NCBI GenBank assembly: GCA_964016885.1
Contig: OZ024742.1
Location: 55,180,001 to 55,244,000, forward strand
From: Eledone cirrhosa
Lineage: Eukaryota
Length of the DNA stretch: 64,000 nt
Reading direction: 5' to 3'
Part shown: one piece after another, positions 43,565 to 57,850 of the stretch
Position numbering within the stretch: the first letter of the stretch is position 1
How the letters are laid out: the number at the start of each line of letters is the position of its first letter
Position numbers and translations under genes: made by a program
Notes under the pieces: generated by a model
The model's input: the letters and a program-made list of their open reading frames with translations, nothing else
What the model was told of the DNA's origin: nothing
Databases searched by the model: none

Positions 43565-44928
43565 ATATATTTATATATACATATTTACATATACATATAT
43601 ATATATATATATATAGGGAAATAAATAAAAGGAAAGTAAAAAACAAAAAATGGTGCAAACGTGTGTGTGTCAGAGAGAGAGAGAGGGAAAGAGAGAGTGA
43701 GAGAGAATGCGTAATGAGGGAAGAAACTTGGACGAATTTAAGTGATGGTGATTCAAATAGAAATTGGGAAAGGGTGAAGGAATATAGTAAAGATATATGG
43801 GAAGAATACGTAAATAGATGAACATTTGAAACAGAATTTTAACTGCACTCATTGAAGATAAAAGCAATATAATGGAAAAACATAATATAAAGAAACATCA
43901 GTAAGGAAATACAAGAGTATAAGGGAATTAAATGAATTAGAAGAGGAAAACGAACAAGAAGGAAGTAGAAATAAAGAAAGGTATGAAACATTTCAATTAA
44001 TACTTGTTCTATCTAGTTTGCTTTTGAAACAAAAAACCGATTGCTAAGCAGAAAATATGGAAATCCGAAACAAATCAAGAAAACAAACATATTTGTTTGT
44101 AACATTTTTTCCTTTTATTTGAATTTTCAGATTGTATTTCGTCTTATTTGCTTCAATCATACACTGTTGTTGTTCTATTTGTTCCCATTATACATTGTTG
44201 TTTTTCGATTTGTCTTTACGTGTGTTTTCTTTTATTTTTTTTATTCTAGATCGCAGTCAGAAGTTACAAGTACAATTTTCGGCATAAATAAACAACATAA
44301 ACAAATGACAAATAAAGTTTCACTGTTACACAGTGTTACTGACAAACATTGAAACATGGTATGCTCGCATATATACGACGTATACCTCTGTAAATCCTAT
44401 ATATATGGACGTGTTAAATCTTTGATATTCTTCAATAATTTGTGAAGTAAATTAACTAATATTCCGAATATTTATAATTGATACGTTTTATTACATAAGT
44501 AAAATACTACTGAGAACAAATCATTCATGAAAAAATATGAAGTTGGAAAGGAGACGGTAACGTCTACTCCACGGTTTAAGGGTTCTATCTCAGCTCAGCC
44601 CCACGGACAAGATTGCAGAAGCATTGTCGCAGATACCATCCACTGCATCGGCCATTTCCCACCACTGGCCCCCCTCCACTCAAGCGAAAATTATTTCTCA
44701 TTTTCCAGAAGAAAACCGCATCGGGAGACCGACGACAAAAGAGGTCAGGACATCGACCGGTACGAAAATGAAGCTGTGCAAAATCATGGAATTGGAATAT
44801 CTTTCTATTTTCTGCGTTCCGAGTGGAAGTGCCTTGGCTTTAGAAAAGCATTTTTTATACTCCGAATTTTGGAAACATTTAAACAAGTAACACCAACTAA
44901 GTAATATTCAAATTAAAAGTAAAGTGAA

Positions 44929-46140
44929 TCTTCTTCTTCGCCCACTTATTCCTGAGAAGGTCGTGCGAACAGAGTCTTCAAGGACGCTTTCCAGCGAGTC
45001 CTGTTAGACGTAACCGTTTCCAATTGATTCGGCTGGATCCCCGTGCCAAACAGTCGCGCTCACGGATGTTATCCAACCATTTTTCTAGGGGGTCTAACCT
45101 CGGGTCCCCTGCCGGTTGATTTATCACGTAAGATCTGTCCAGTGATCTCTTCGTTAGACATTCTAACTACATAATCCGGAGTAACGGAACTGTGATCTTT
45201 CTACTCCGAGAAGTAGCGGCTCTACCTTGAATGACTTACTGACAACCAGACTACGCATTATCATGGAAGGTTATTCTAAAGAGTATTTAGAGGGACCCCA
45301 TTTGGCTTATTGTATTTCCGATCGTATTCTTCCACTCATTACCCATGAATCATGAGCAGGCTCTTGCGAATCTTGCACTTAATTCAGCTTCCTGTTTTCC
45401 CTCATTGGTGAACATGTTCACGAGCTATTGAACCATTCCACCTATTTCAGTGGAACTCACCTCACACGCAGAGTGCCTTGCACAGGCTTCCTTAAGATAA
45501 CAAGTATCTCAGTCTTCACAGCACATACTTTCATTCCTGTCGTGCAGCACTCCACAGTAGATCTATCAAGTGAATGCCGGCGATCAACTGCTGACGAGTT
45601 AGATACTACAATGAAAACCATAAACTCCAACCGATTGATCCAACACTCGCCAGACTTGAGACCCCTTCCATGTCGGCTGCGCATTTCAATCCTGTCCATG
45701 ACAAAATGAACAGGAGAAGTGAAAGCATGCTTCCTTGGCAGAGTCCGTCACTCATATTGAATGGTTTCAAACACAAATATTAAGGAATTAATTTAGAGAT
45801 ATCAGAGGAATGAGAAACTGTTACTCGATGCCATACTCCTGTAGAACCTTTCGCTATAAATCCCATGGAACGCGCTCATAGGTCGTTTTGAAGTGTACGA
45901 AAAGGGCATACACCTCTTGGCAATACTTCCATGATTAAAATCATGTCAGACTGTCAATACTTTGACGGCTCAGTTTCGTCCATGGCCAAAGCCACACCGT
46001 TCGAGAGCTAGCTTAGACTCGATAATATACCTACATCTCTTTGCCAGATACTTAACATTGACTTAACCGGGGAAGCTTAACGAAAAGATCCCTGCATTAT
46101 TAAAGTATCGCTTTAAGACATTAAACATGCTGACTGATTA
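44929..46140 (-). mobile_element. Degraded RTE-like LINE with short (GAA)n tail
   Basis: GMKV...KTEILV region, R.RGRP..W.DNI C-terminal remnant, TCTTCTTCTTC at 44929. Confidence 0.75.
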
Positions 46141-47499
46141 TTTTCTACAATAGATCTCTAAAGTGTTTGGGGGTTTGTTAGTAATATTCTATAATTTGTT
46201 ATTAAGTTCTTGAAAATTCGTAATGTAAGCTACATAGAGCTTTATGCGATAGCATTCGCGTCATGTGATTTTAATAAAATATATATTTTGCCTTCGATTG
46301 TGCTTTTAAAACTGTAAAGTTTTAAAATTTTATAAGTGCGGTCACCTTGCAAATCCAACTAAAAATTGTAATTGCTCTTAATGTAATTGAGACAAAGAAA
46401 ATAAATCTCTGTATATTATTACAAACAACATATTTGGCTATTAATTAGATCAGTATAAATGTATACTTACTTGTCAACACACCTACGCACGCTTACACAT
46501 ATAAATACGCATAAATATATATTTATAGACATACAGAGATAAAAATACATATGTGTATGTGTGGGTTTCTCATTATTCTATGTACACATACATCACAATT
46601 CTAAAGGGACCTTTCTTAGAAATATTTGCTGTTTTAATATTTTTACATAGATCGTATATATGGCTTTTGGAAATGCATAAAGCTAACAATGTCATATGTT
46701 ATCTAAACCAATACATTTCTAGGGATGTTTTTAAAATATATGTTGTTGCAAGTTAAACTTGGGATAAATTCTATAACATCCCATCAACATATTTTAATAG
46801 AAGCCAGATAAAGCTGTTAACATTATGAAGACATTTACCAATATTACGTATCATATATCTACATTGATGAATAATGTGTGTCTAATGAAATGGTTCCCAC
46901 GAGTCTCTATCAGAATTAATTCTCAGTAAACTACAGTCTATTGAGTTAAGAAGTATTTCACACAACTCGATTAATGTGCCGTGAAAGAAAGTCAGTAATA
47001 CAGTTGAGATTGATGTATATAATATTATGTGATTTTGTTAAGGTATCGTCAGAGTAAACATTGGCAAAATGCAAATAGCAGACATTCGGTTTTGTATGTT
47101 TAAAGGTTAAGCCACTACTCTGTTTTCTCTCATTGTTTATGCTACAATATTCATATTACCACATTTAAATTCGTATGCTGTATTTCCATTTTCTAAAATA
47201 AAGACTTTCCTATTCACATACCACACACACACACACACACACATCCCCCCCACACACACATACATACACACGCACATACATACACACACACATACACAGA
47301 ATCACACACATTATATATGCACACACAGATATATTATATAACTCCAGATGTGTATATATCTGGGTTTTATTTAAATTGATAATTTAAATTTTTTATGTTT
47401 CCCTTTGCATCATTTGATGTAGCAGTTGTAAATTATCTTACAATGAAGGTGATCTTATGAATTCTTAATAAGAAAGAACGAGGATTCAAATATATATAT

Positions 47500-47571
<72 letters not shown>

Positions 47572-47958
47572 GGGGGGGATGTATACACGACTGGCCCTGC
47601 TAACAGATAAAAATACGTTTTCCTAACGAACGAAATAAACCGAGACAATCATGTTTGTTCTTTTCATATCTTTCCTCATTAGACGGAGATCACGAATTGG
47701 GTTTAATTAAGATATTTCTCTAGGAGCCAGATTTTTCAGATGTAACTACTGAGGAAATGGAAGTGTGTTTATTGAAAACTATCTATGTAGTGATTTAGAT
47801 GTATATAGAGAAAGTTATTTTTTCGCATATCTGCTGTTTGAACGATCTTCAAAGTGAATAATTTCAACTATTCCTTTAATCCAATATCTTATTTTCTTCC
47901 CACCTGCTTCTATTTTATTACATATATATATATCCATTATCTGTCTCTGACCTCCCCT

Positions 47959-48050
<92 letters not shown>

Positions 48051-48676
48051 AAATGAAAGATCTCAACGCAATAATAGCTGTTAAGCAGCCAAATTCTGTC
48101 AATAACAGCGTTAGATAAAAATAACTCAGAAGAAAGAAATCATTGACTAGAGGTCGACACAGATAGCTGACGAAGTGGGTGACGGTCACATGAAAAATAG
48201 AAACAATAGAGAGAGGAGGAGGACAAACGGAAATGTGTTGGTGCATAGATGTGACTGGAAGAAGGAAATAAAGAATGGCGATGTACAAAAGAAATTCACA
48301 CACAAATCCTCACCATCATCAGTTCTCAAAATAGTAAAATTATTTCGCACAATCTAATTGAAAGTACGGTTTTAAAAATACTGGATCGTGCAACAGAAAA
48401 ACATACATTTCTGTTCGTATGATATGTGTGTGATAAGATAAACAGAATAGCTAGATATACAGACAGATCAGAGAGCGCATTGTAGTGCGTCCTATCCAAG
48501 TGAAGCTGCCGCTATGAAGTAAAGCAAAACTGACAGAAAAGATTAGATATGCGGACAGAAGAAAAGATGAGAAAGCGACACCAGGGCGCCGCTGGTAAAT
48601 ACAGCAAAATCATTTGTGCGGCGGAGGCGGCATTGCGCGAAAGTGCAGCAATGTTTATTCATATATATATATATAA

Positions 48677-49824
48677 GCTTAAAATTAAGAAGAAAGCAAG
48701 AACGGGGGGTGAATGGGGGGGGGGGGGGGGGTTCCTCATCAGTTGTCTACTGGGTGTCTCGGATATTTCAACGTTTTAAAGACAATAAATATATCTACTC
48801 CAGAGCGTTCAATAACTTGGTAAGTTATTAGGAAAACGGAGGAGAGGGGGAAGGAAAATAGAAAGGAAAAGGGAAGAAAGGGGAGAAAAGAGAAAAACAG
48901 CGAGAAAAAACAACAAACCGAAGAATGTGCGAGCAACTTCAAGAGAAAATATCCAAGTCCACATCGATGGCTGAACGTAAGTTCTAGAGCGTGTGGACGA
49001 ATGAAAAACCCGTCTGATCCCAGCGAGTGTAAGTGAGAAAAGAACTGCTAGGGGTCAGGCGAGGGAAACAATGAGGTGGCTGGCAGAGAGTGAGGGAGTG
49101 AAAGTGAGAGGGAAAAAGGGAGAGAAAGAAAGAGGAGAAAGAGTAGAGCAGAGAAATAGGTAGATAGAAGGAGAGAAGACGGGTCATAGCGAAACATGAT
49201 AAAATGAATGGAGAATAGGAAGGCTGTGTAGTTGCTATTTAAGGTAGGCTTAAAATTAAGAAAGCAAGAACGGGGGTGGGGAGTTTTCCTCATAACTTGT
49301 ATACAGGGAGTCTCGGATATTTCAACACTTTAAAGATAATATATCTACCCCAAATATCTGAGACCACCAGTAGACAACCGATAAGGAAAATCACCCTCTC
49401 CCCGTTCTTGCTTTGTTTCACAATGAGCTGGTTGGCACCTCATTGTTTCCCTCGCCTGACCCTCTAGCAGTTCTTTTCTCACTTACACCCTCGGAGATCA
49501 GACGGGCTATTTCAAAGATCCACACGCTCTTGAACTTACGATCAGCACCGATGTGGACTTGGATTTTCTTTCTTTTGTTTGTTGTTTTTTTTCGCTGTTT
49601 TTCTCTTTTCTTCCCTCTTTTCCCTTTTCCTTTCTATTTTCCTACCCCCTCTCCTCCGTTTTCCCAATAACTCACCTAGTTATTGAACGCTCTGGGGGTA
49701 GATATTTTGTCTTTAAAGCGTTGAAATATCCGAGACCACCAGTAGACAACTGATGAGAACCCCCCCCCATTCTTGCTTTCTTAACCCTACCTTAACTAGC
49801 AACTACACATACTTCCTATTCTCC

Positions 49825-49828
<4 letters not shown>
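48677..49828. mobile_element. Non-coding partial-tandem plus inverted element in (TA)n (probable PLE derivative)
   Basis: 48677-48800 repeats at 49247-49340 (~570 bp period); 49425-49828 and 49350-49415 are inverted copies. Confidence 0.65.
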
Positions 49829-49867
<39 letters not shown>

Positions 49868-49888
49868 TGTGTGTGTGTCTGTGTATGT

Positions 49889-49929
<41 letters not shown>

Positions 49930-50737
49930 TGCGTGCGCGTGTGTGCGGTGTGTGTGTACGTACATATTTGTAGGTTAAGTTATATCTTTATTTTAATATG
50001 TTGTTTTTGCTCACAATGCTATTTTAAAAATACTGTAATTTTTACACCTGAATACAATTTAGGAAAAACGAAGCTCTATAAATTACCCTATATAGTATTT
50101 GCGCTATTTATGGTGCAGTATGACTGAAATAGTTTTATTCCAGTCTATTCTTATATTATTGGTACTCGCTTTAATTAATTAAATTAATCTTGGCTGTGTT
50201 GCCTTTTTGTTGTGAGATGGTTTTATAACAACACAAATTATATCAATCGAATATTCTTGTAAAAGCCATAAGGTATATTTTTAAGACTATTGTTTAGTGA
50301 TGATTTCTGGCGTATTAATTTATTGTTTAATTATCTTAATATCTATGTATTTGCCAGAATGAAACCGTGCTATAAGCACTAATTTGTAGGTGAAATATAT
50401 ATATATTGTTTTCAATGCAGATTTTGCTTGCTATGCTTACATTTAATATACTATAAATTTGATACCGAAATATAATTTCGGAAGAATGAAGTTCCACAAA
50501 TTATAATTTTCAGTTGATTTCTTTACATCATGCCGTTATGAAAATTTCAAAGGCACCAAATGTCATTATTCAACATCCATTCATTACGTTTCATCATAAA
50601 TATAAATAAACGTAAGGTTTGTTTTTATTGTCGATGTGATCCCCACTGAAGAGGTGTTTACATCCATGACGTTCAGTACTTCCACTCGATTACAACATTG
50701 CTGGTAGGTTGCATGGATCAACCAAAACTGATTATCG

Positions 50738-50892
<155 letters not shown>

Positions 50893-51162
50893 AAAATTTG
50901 GGCATCGACATAGCTATATGCATATATGTGTGTGGATTTCCTATACCTAAAGATATAATGCTATTATATATTCGCGTCTGTATTCTAGTTCCAGCAGAAA
51001 GCAGCATGCACATATTGTCCAGATGAGAGACATTAGCTTGAAATGTTTGTACCATGTACGTCAATACTCATCTTTTTCCATTTCACTGAGGGTTCTAAAC
51101 CCCACTATCAGGCTAAAAATGTCTTCAGTAAAATATACGCTGAAAGCTTATATTTCTAATTT

Positions 51163-51225
<63 letters not shown>

Positions 51226-51518
51226 AAATTTCTTTCGGTCTCTGTCTTACCAGTTGGCGTCTAAACCATAGATTTGATCCTGATGAAACTTTACACACAT
51301 ATTAAGCTAATATTCAGGAACAGGACTGGCTAATTCGATAGCCTGGCGACATTAAACCCTCCTTGCCACTACTCTTCTTTCTCCTCCCACAACTCAGTCC
51401 TCCAAAACGAAGCAACAAATTATTTAATTTTTATGTTCAAAGACAGAGGGGATAAGAGAGTGGAGATAAGAGAGAAAGATAGGCGATGACAGAGAGAGGG
51501 TAAGTGAGAGATGGGGGT

Positions 51519-51589
<71 letters not shown>

Positions 51590-51907
51590 AAAGAAAAGGA
51601 AGGCGGAGGGATTAGGGAAGAGAGAGAAAGAATACTGTACAAATTATTACTTAGTTCGATAACTAACTTTTTATTTATTAGGTTTTGAAACGCTTCTTAA
51701 CTAACTCCTTTCTTAACGTTACTTCTCTTTCTCTACCTCTTTCACAAAAGTCGTAATGAGACTCTGTGTGTATGTGAGCGTGTGTGTGTGCACGAGCGCG
51801 CGTGTGTGTCTCGGCGTTCTTAAATCAGAGACAAGTGAGTATCTGTGTGTATGTGTGTGTTCATCTTAAGTTAGAGACATATATAACCCAGACTACTGTC
51901 TCATGTA

Positions 51908-51943
<36 letters not shown>

Positions 51944-52169
51944 GCAAAAAGGAAAGATTTTATGCGACACCTCTATCTACCAGAAATATTAGCAAAATCC
52001 ATTTCAAATGACAGTGAACAGTCTTACACACACAAACAAATACGCATGCATATATCCACTATACATGCTGGTGTACCTATAAGAAATAGAAAACAAATCT
52101 CCCTCAAACAAGATCCTATTGCCATAGAAGTAAAAGTTGGTGAAAGCTGCAGTATAAAAATTTTAATTA

Positions 52170-52345
52170 ACCCAGGCTCTGCCGCACTGTGGACCAAGGC
52201 GCGTAAACTCTCCAAATATCGGTCGCTCTCCGACATGTTTGTTAGCGACCCGTAGGGGTGAGTCTCGCAACTCGGAATGGATTTTACAGCGCGTCTCCCT
52301 CACTATCCTCTACTCTGACCGCCGGGGCTGCTGAGCGGCAGAGTA
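52170..52345 (+). mobile_element. Internally deleted 3' fragment of the CRE-like LINE at 57050-57850
   Basis: PGSAA....RKLSKYRSLSD matches reverse complement of 57270-57340; end matches 57080-57125. Confidence 0.7.
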
Positions 52346-52891
52346 CGTGGGCTCCCATTTGCTCATAATAGTGAGTGATGGGGAGATCGGGAGAGGGAGG
52401 CAGTGACAGTGGGAGTTTGGTTTCTGGCGTATATGTATATATTTACCACACTTATACACATTTTAATAAACTTTCCTGAATTACAGAAATGAATAACTAA
52501 ATTCTTTATTTATTCATAAACCAATAATAAATTTATTTTTTAAAATAGCCTTCACATTTTGTTTGAATTTCAGAGGTTCTGATTGTGCAAAAAAAAAAAG
52601 GATAAATACAATCCAAATTTATTTTTTTGTCATGCTCTTTTTACTGACAACATACCTAATGATTCTTCCAAGTGCGAAGAATTATGTATGCTGACTGTAA
52701 TAGGGAGCAGTATTAAAAAAATCACCACTGGACAAAACTAATAATATTTTTATCTACATGATTTGCTTTATAAAACGACAATACATATTCTGCTATAATT
52801 CCTACTTTAGTTAAAATTCAGCAATCATATTTCAATGGTCAAATATTGTAACTTTAATAAAATATCCGGGTAGCTCAGATATATATATATA

Positions 52892-53414
52892 TAAGAGAGT
52901 ATTGAAGTTTGCTTGAAGCATTGTGGAACAATAAGTAAATATCTTTAAGTCGTTTGGAAGCCTCGACAATGCAAATGGGTAAATCTCCGACTAACAAGGT
53001 CCGGTGGTGGAGAGAGAGATGTAAGTGGGTGTACGTTGAGATGCGTGGTGTGTATAACATGTGTGAGATGTGTAGAATGAAGGGAAGAGTATAAAGAATA
53101 AAAATAAAAATAACAACACAAGAGAGAGTTACCTTGGGAGAGATTTAATAGTCCCTATATATTTCGGATTCACATCCATCAACTGGGGTTTTTTTTCGGG
53201 GTGGGGGAAAAGGTTGTCTGTCGGACAACTCGGAACACGTCTTTCGCTGTTTGTTGATTTGAATATCTGAGGTATTCGGCCGAGCGCCATGTTATACACA
53301 CCACGCATCTCAACGTACACCCACTTACATCTCTCTCTCCACCACCGGACCTTGTTACCCGGAGATTTACCCATTTGCATTGTCGAGGCTTCCAAACGAC
53401 TTAAAGATATTTAC
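52892..53414. mobile_element. Fold-back element in (TA)n, 127 bp arms, 43 nt tail
   Basis: 52935-53061 inverts 53288-53414. Confidence 0.72.
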
Positions 53415-53430
53415 ATATATATATATATAT

Positions 53431-53795
53431 ATTAGAAAGTGAGGTTTTTTTTACATAATGAAAAATAACCGAGGTGTCCTACCCGAGTGAAAGTATAAAG
53501 AAAAAGAGATGAAATCGAAAATGCAACTGGTGTCTTATTTTTTTTTTCTTAAATATATATATTTATTTGGTTCCTTTACCGGTTTCGCAGTTCTTCTGCT
53601 TTTCAAAAGGTGAGTTGAGATGGAGGGTCTGTGGTTTTTCTCACATCTGATGTGAGAAAAACCACAGACCCTCCATCTCAACTCACCTTTTGAAAAGCAG
53701 AAGAACTGCGAAACCGGTAAAGGAACCAAATAAATATATATATTTAAGAAAAAAAAAATAAGACTCCAGTTGCATTTTCGATTTCATCGCTTTTT

Positions 53796-53802
<7 letters not shown>
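53431..53802. mobile_element. Near-perfect 309 bp palindrome + ~63 nt tail, derived from the 3' end of the PLE at 60757-64000
   Basis: Palindrome 53494-53802 centred on 53648; 53431-53649 nearly identical to 60757-60971. Confidence 0.9.
53686..53723 (+). ncRNA. Minimal hammerhead, U3-A8 variant (mirror at 53573-53610 minus)
   Basis: CCTT-TTGAAAA-GCAG aagaa CTGC-GAAAC CG GTA-AAGG; palindromic ACCGGT. Confidence 0.82.
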
Positions 53803-53866
<64 letters not shown>

Positions 53867-53911
53867 CGTGTGTGAATATATATATATATATTCACACAGA
53901 CATACACACAC

Positions 53912-53952
<41 letters not shown>

Positions 53953-54473
53953 TATCTGAGCTGCCCGGATATGTTGTGCTATTTATGCTTTTTTTTGCAT
54001 GATCTACACCAACTGAATTACTTTGCCAAAATCTGGGGTTATTCCCCTTGTGATTTCCACACGTGGTTTAACTTACCACCGTGTCATTCAAGTACAGAGC
54101 GAAATACCTGTTGATAACGTGATATTCCTTGTTCGATCGTTATACACAAAGCTTATATTTTTAAGCAGACTGTATTTTGATTTAGGTGTTACAGAAACTC
54201 TACATCGGATTTTAACAGCAATTCCGGGAGTCCAGGTCTGGTTATCATTTATTTTTTTTCATTTATTTTGTTTTGACCTGTTTAAGTTGATTTGGTTTTT
54301 GGCTTGGATGGTTAATGCTTTCTTGACCACCTTTTCAGTTTTGTATGGCTTCTTCATACATTGTTTAGCTCCGGTTTTTAACTATTGAGCACTTGCCAGT
54401 ATCATTTCGGATTTTTACGTTTCGCTTCGCTTTTCCTGCCCGCCGAAAATGCGATTCTCGCTGAATCTTTATT

Positions 54474-54521
<48 letters not shown>

Positions 54522-54594
54522 AACACACATACATATATACATACATACATATATACATACATATATTTGTACGTATGTGTATGCACTTAATTTG

Positions 54595-55362
54595 TGGTTC
54601 GCCCTGAAAAGGGCAATTAAAGTAGAGTCGATTAGGTTTAGCAAAGGAGTAGTGATAGAGGAAAATAGAGTAGAGGGAGAGCTAGTCAGAATGCTAGAAG
54701 AGGCGTTTAGGACAGGCATCGCAACCGACGTGCTTGCGGCGAGATTGGCACTCGACCAATTCTTCAACGCAAAACATGAAGGCTGCGTTGTCAGAGCTAG
54801 AACGCGTGCTCTGAAACACGAGGGGACAAAAGCCGTCCAATGGGCCCGGGTGGCAGAGGCGCGACGTGGCAATAAAGCCACAATTCGGTCTTTGTCTGAC
54901 CAAAACGGGTGCGTGATGCTCGAACCCGAGCGGATGTGTGGAGCTTTTCAGCAGCACGTTGCTGAACTGTTCGGGAGCGGCGGCGGCCCGGATCGGGGCA
55001 TGGACTTCAGTGCATACCTTGACGGACTGCCTCGGCTCTCGACGACCGCAGCTCAGTATTGCGAAAAGCCAATAACAGCCGGTGACATACGGGAAGCGAT
55101 GGCTAACTGCACAAGAGGTAAATCGCCAGGTATAGATGGTCTGCCCTACGAGCTTTATGCATTTATGCCAGACTTGTTCGGTGACCTCTTGGCAGATGTA
55201 TACTGAAACTGGCAGCTGAACGGGAGCATTCCCAGTTTTGTGAGCCGGGGAGCAGTGGCGCTGCTGAGAAAAGACCCGAACAAGGGGGATGTTATTGATA
55301 ATTTCAGGCCCATAACCCTGCTAAACGCAGAGTTCAAGATTTTGGCCAAGGTGTTAGCAACG
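54595..55362 (+). mobile_element. Internal Tx1/L1-clade ORF2 fragment (pre-RT and RT start)
   Basis: GCVVRAR, KSPGIDGLPYELY, then stop, LLRK...NFRPITLLNAEFKILAKVLA. Confidence 0.88.
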
Positions 55363-55936
55363 AGTTAGCAAGGTGTTAGCAACTCGTTGAAAACGGACAG
55401 TTCGATATATATTATCATGTCAACATTTCATTAATAATTGTTATATTCGTATGAAACTTTTAAAATCAAGACTTTGTAACAACAATCGTGTTGCTTCTGT
55501 TAATAAATCAGTTAGAAGAAAGAAAAAAGTAATTTGCTACATTCAAAAATTAATTTCGAAATCTAAAGCATTCTATCAATTCCGAAATGTCAAAGTAATC
55601 GATATTTTCAATATATGAAGGGAAATATCTTTGAAATATTTCTATTTAGAAAGTTCTCGTTCATCTCATTTTCCTCGTTGTGCAAGTTACAATTCATTGC
55701 CTTTGATTCCTTTTTTGTTTTACTAACTTAAATTTTGACATATATTTTCAATGCATACAATCAAAATGTATAATATTCGTAAAGAAATATATGCCCGTTA
55801 ACGTTGTAAATCCGTATAACAATATATATAATTATGTAATGACATAAACATGTCTTAAATGCTGCTCGTGTATACATACACACATGCACACACACACACA
55901 CACGCACACACACAGGCACACACACACGCACACACC

Positions 55937-56013
<77 letters not shown>

Positions 56014-56149
56014 AATATTATATATATATACATATATACATACATTTAAATACAAATATGCTTATATGTATGTATAAAAATATACATAGGACACTAGTCG
56101 AAATGGCCAATCTGGCGTAGAACCTTTCTTTTCACTTATATATATATAT

Positions 56150-56286
56150 AACGAAGGAAGTGTGGTAAGAAACCAGATGGACCATAACGCACCAGAGTAC
56201 TTGATACTTAGGGTAGTATTATACTGAGTCCAGAAATAACCGTCGAAACGGCTTGAACTCTGCCGTCGGGGTCTTGAACATTTTCC
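56150..56286. mobile_element. 137 bp two-ended family A mini-insertion
   Basis: 56150-56218 matches tail 7771-7840; 56228-56286 matches hammerhead 3' half and terminus 10387-10445; TA both sides. Confidence 0.85.
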
Positions 56287-56342
56287 TATATATATATATG
56301 TATGCCTGTATTTATATATCTATATATATATATATCTATATC

Positions 56343-56376
<34 letters not shown>

Positions 56377-57049
56377 CAGACATATAAAAATGCGAAAACT
56401 CACGCTAGAAAGGAGATAAGGGATTTCAATCTGTGGTATCTGTCCTGAATTGAAAGCCAATGACAACCATGATAAATTTAAATGGAAAAAATGGATTACT
56501 TTTCTTTGCTTTCTTTCGTCCTACAATATGTGCTGTTTATTTCATCACACACACACATCATTCCAGTATCAAGAATTACTTTTCTGTTGCACGATGCTGC
56601 ATTTTAAAATGGCACTGCCAATTAAATCATGTGAAATTATTTAGCTGGCTTCAGAGCTGATGAGGGTCAGGATATTGTTTGTGTGTGTAAATTTGCCTAG
56701 TACATCGCCTTTCTTTATCTCTTTCTTACAGTTACATTTGTGTGTCGACAATCTTCTCCTTGTCCTCATCCACTTTAAAGCGTTTCTACATTACATCTAC
56801 CTGCCACCCACCTTATGGATTATCTCTCTGCTGACCACTGGCCGCGGCTGTCTGTTCTCTGAGTCAATGTTGCCCATCGCTGTCTTTGACAAGATTTAGT
56901 TGTTTTAACGGCTGTTCGCTCGCGTTATATTTTTACCAATAACCTCTCTAATTTATTTACATTATTCTTAACTCTGAAGCCGATAATCATTCGGTTTCCT
57001 AAATAGAATTTTAGTCTACAACTTCAGTTATACCATCTGTATATAACAA

Positions 57050-57850
57050 CTACAGCGGTACACGATGGGGACCACCCACAGCCCCGGCGGACAGAATGGA
57101 GAAGGCGTTTCCTCGGAGGACGGCAAGGGAGACTCGCTGGAAAAGCCACTCCAACTTGTGGGTCTCACACCTGCGGCTGGCCAGCTCAGCGCCTATCGTG
57201 GTGAGTAAGGAGGTAGCCCTGGGGACGAGGACACCAGAAGTCTCCACTGCCAGGGGTACGACCGCAAACCTGTCGGAGAGCGACCGGTATTTGAGGAGTT
57301 AGGCTCCCTCAGCCCGACGTGCAGCAGAACCTGGGTCAGTCGCAGACTGCACCAGGTTGCGGCTACAGAAAGTGTCGGTGCAAGTGGCATTCCAGACGAG
57401 ACGATTGCCACCGCGGAACGGGAAGATTGTCATGCCATCTGGCCTTTTGCCGTCCCCTCGATCCAGCCCCACCGGCTCGAGCTGGGAAGGGAAGCCTGCA
57501 GCGTCCAAGCCATGCTTAATGACTTCGTTGAGAGCAGCATGGCGTGGAATGAGGCCGGCACTGTGGAGAGAGGAAAGCGGGTGGAGGCCGAATGAGTCCA
57601 CGGTGGAACCGCAGCGACAATGGTGTGGCTGGCAGATCCGAAGGCCGAGACTCAGGGAAACGCCGATGCGCAGGCTATGGTTGTCTAGCTGCATGCCAGT
57701 GGAGAAGAGGGCAGGACATGGAGCGAGGCACCACTGTGGAGTTTGGAGGCCGCACGAAAGCAAGCAAGGTGGTGCTGGTCGAGCTGGCGCGTGAGCCTGT
57801 CTGAGGCCACGCTGCACTGGATGACATCCCACGTGCGCTGGGGGGACTTG
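57050..57850 (-). mobile_element. 3' fragment of an RLE-type (CRE-like) non-LTR retrotransposon
   Basis: LRIGVSL.LGL, C.CG...D..GLH.LS (CCHC, last C lost), RHAALN, EP.GL.R.DGKRPDG, LVW.ATC.DTF, AVETSG, LFQRVSLAVLRGNA. Confidence 0.85.

Noticed and set aside
40300-44900. Short ORFs in the repeat-poor stretch as host exons
   Set aside because: No recognisable domains or consistent splice-site pairs; cannot be supported without transcripts
51278-51300. CCTGATGAAAC
   Set aside because: Core boxes overlap with no stem II; context looks like a small DNA-type repeat
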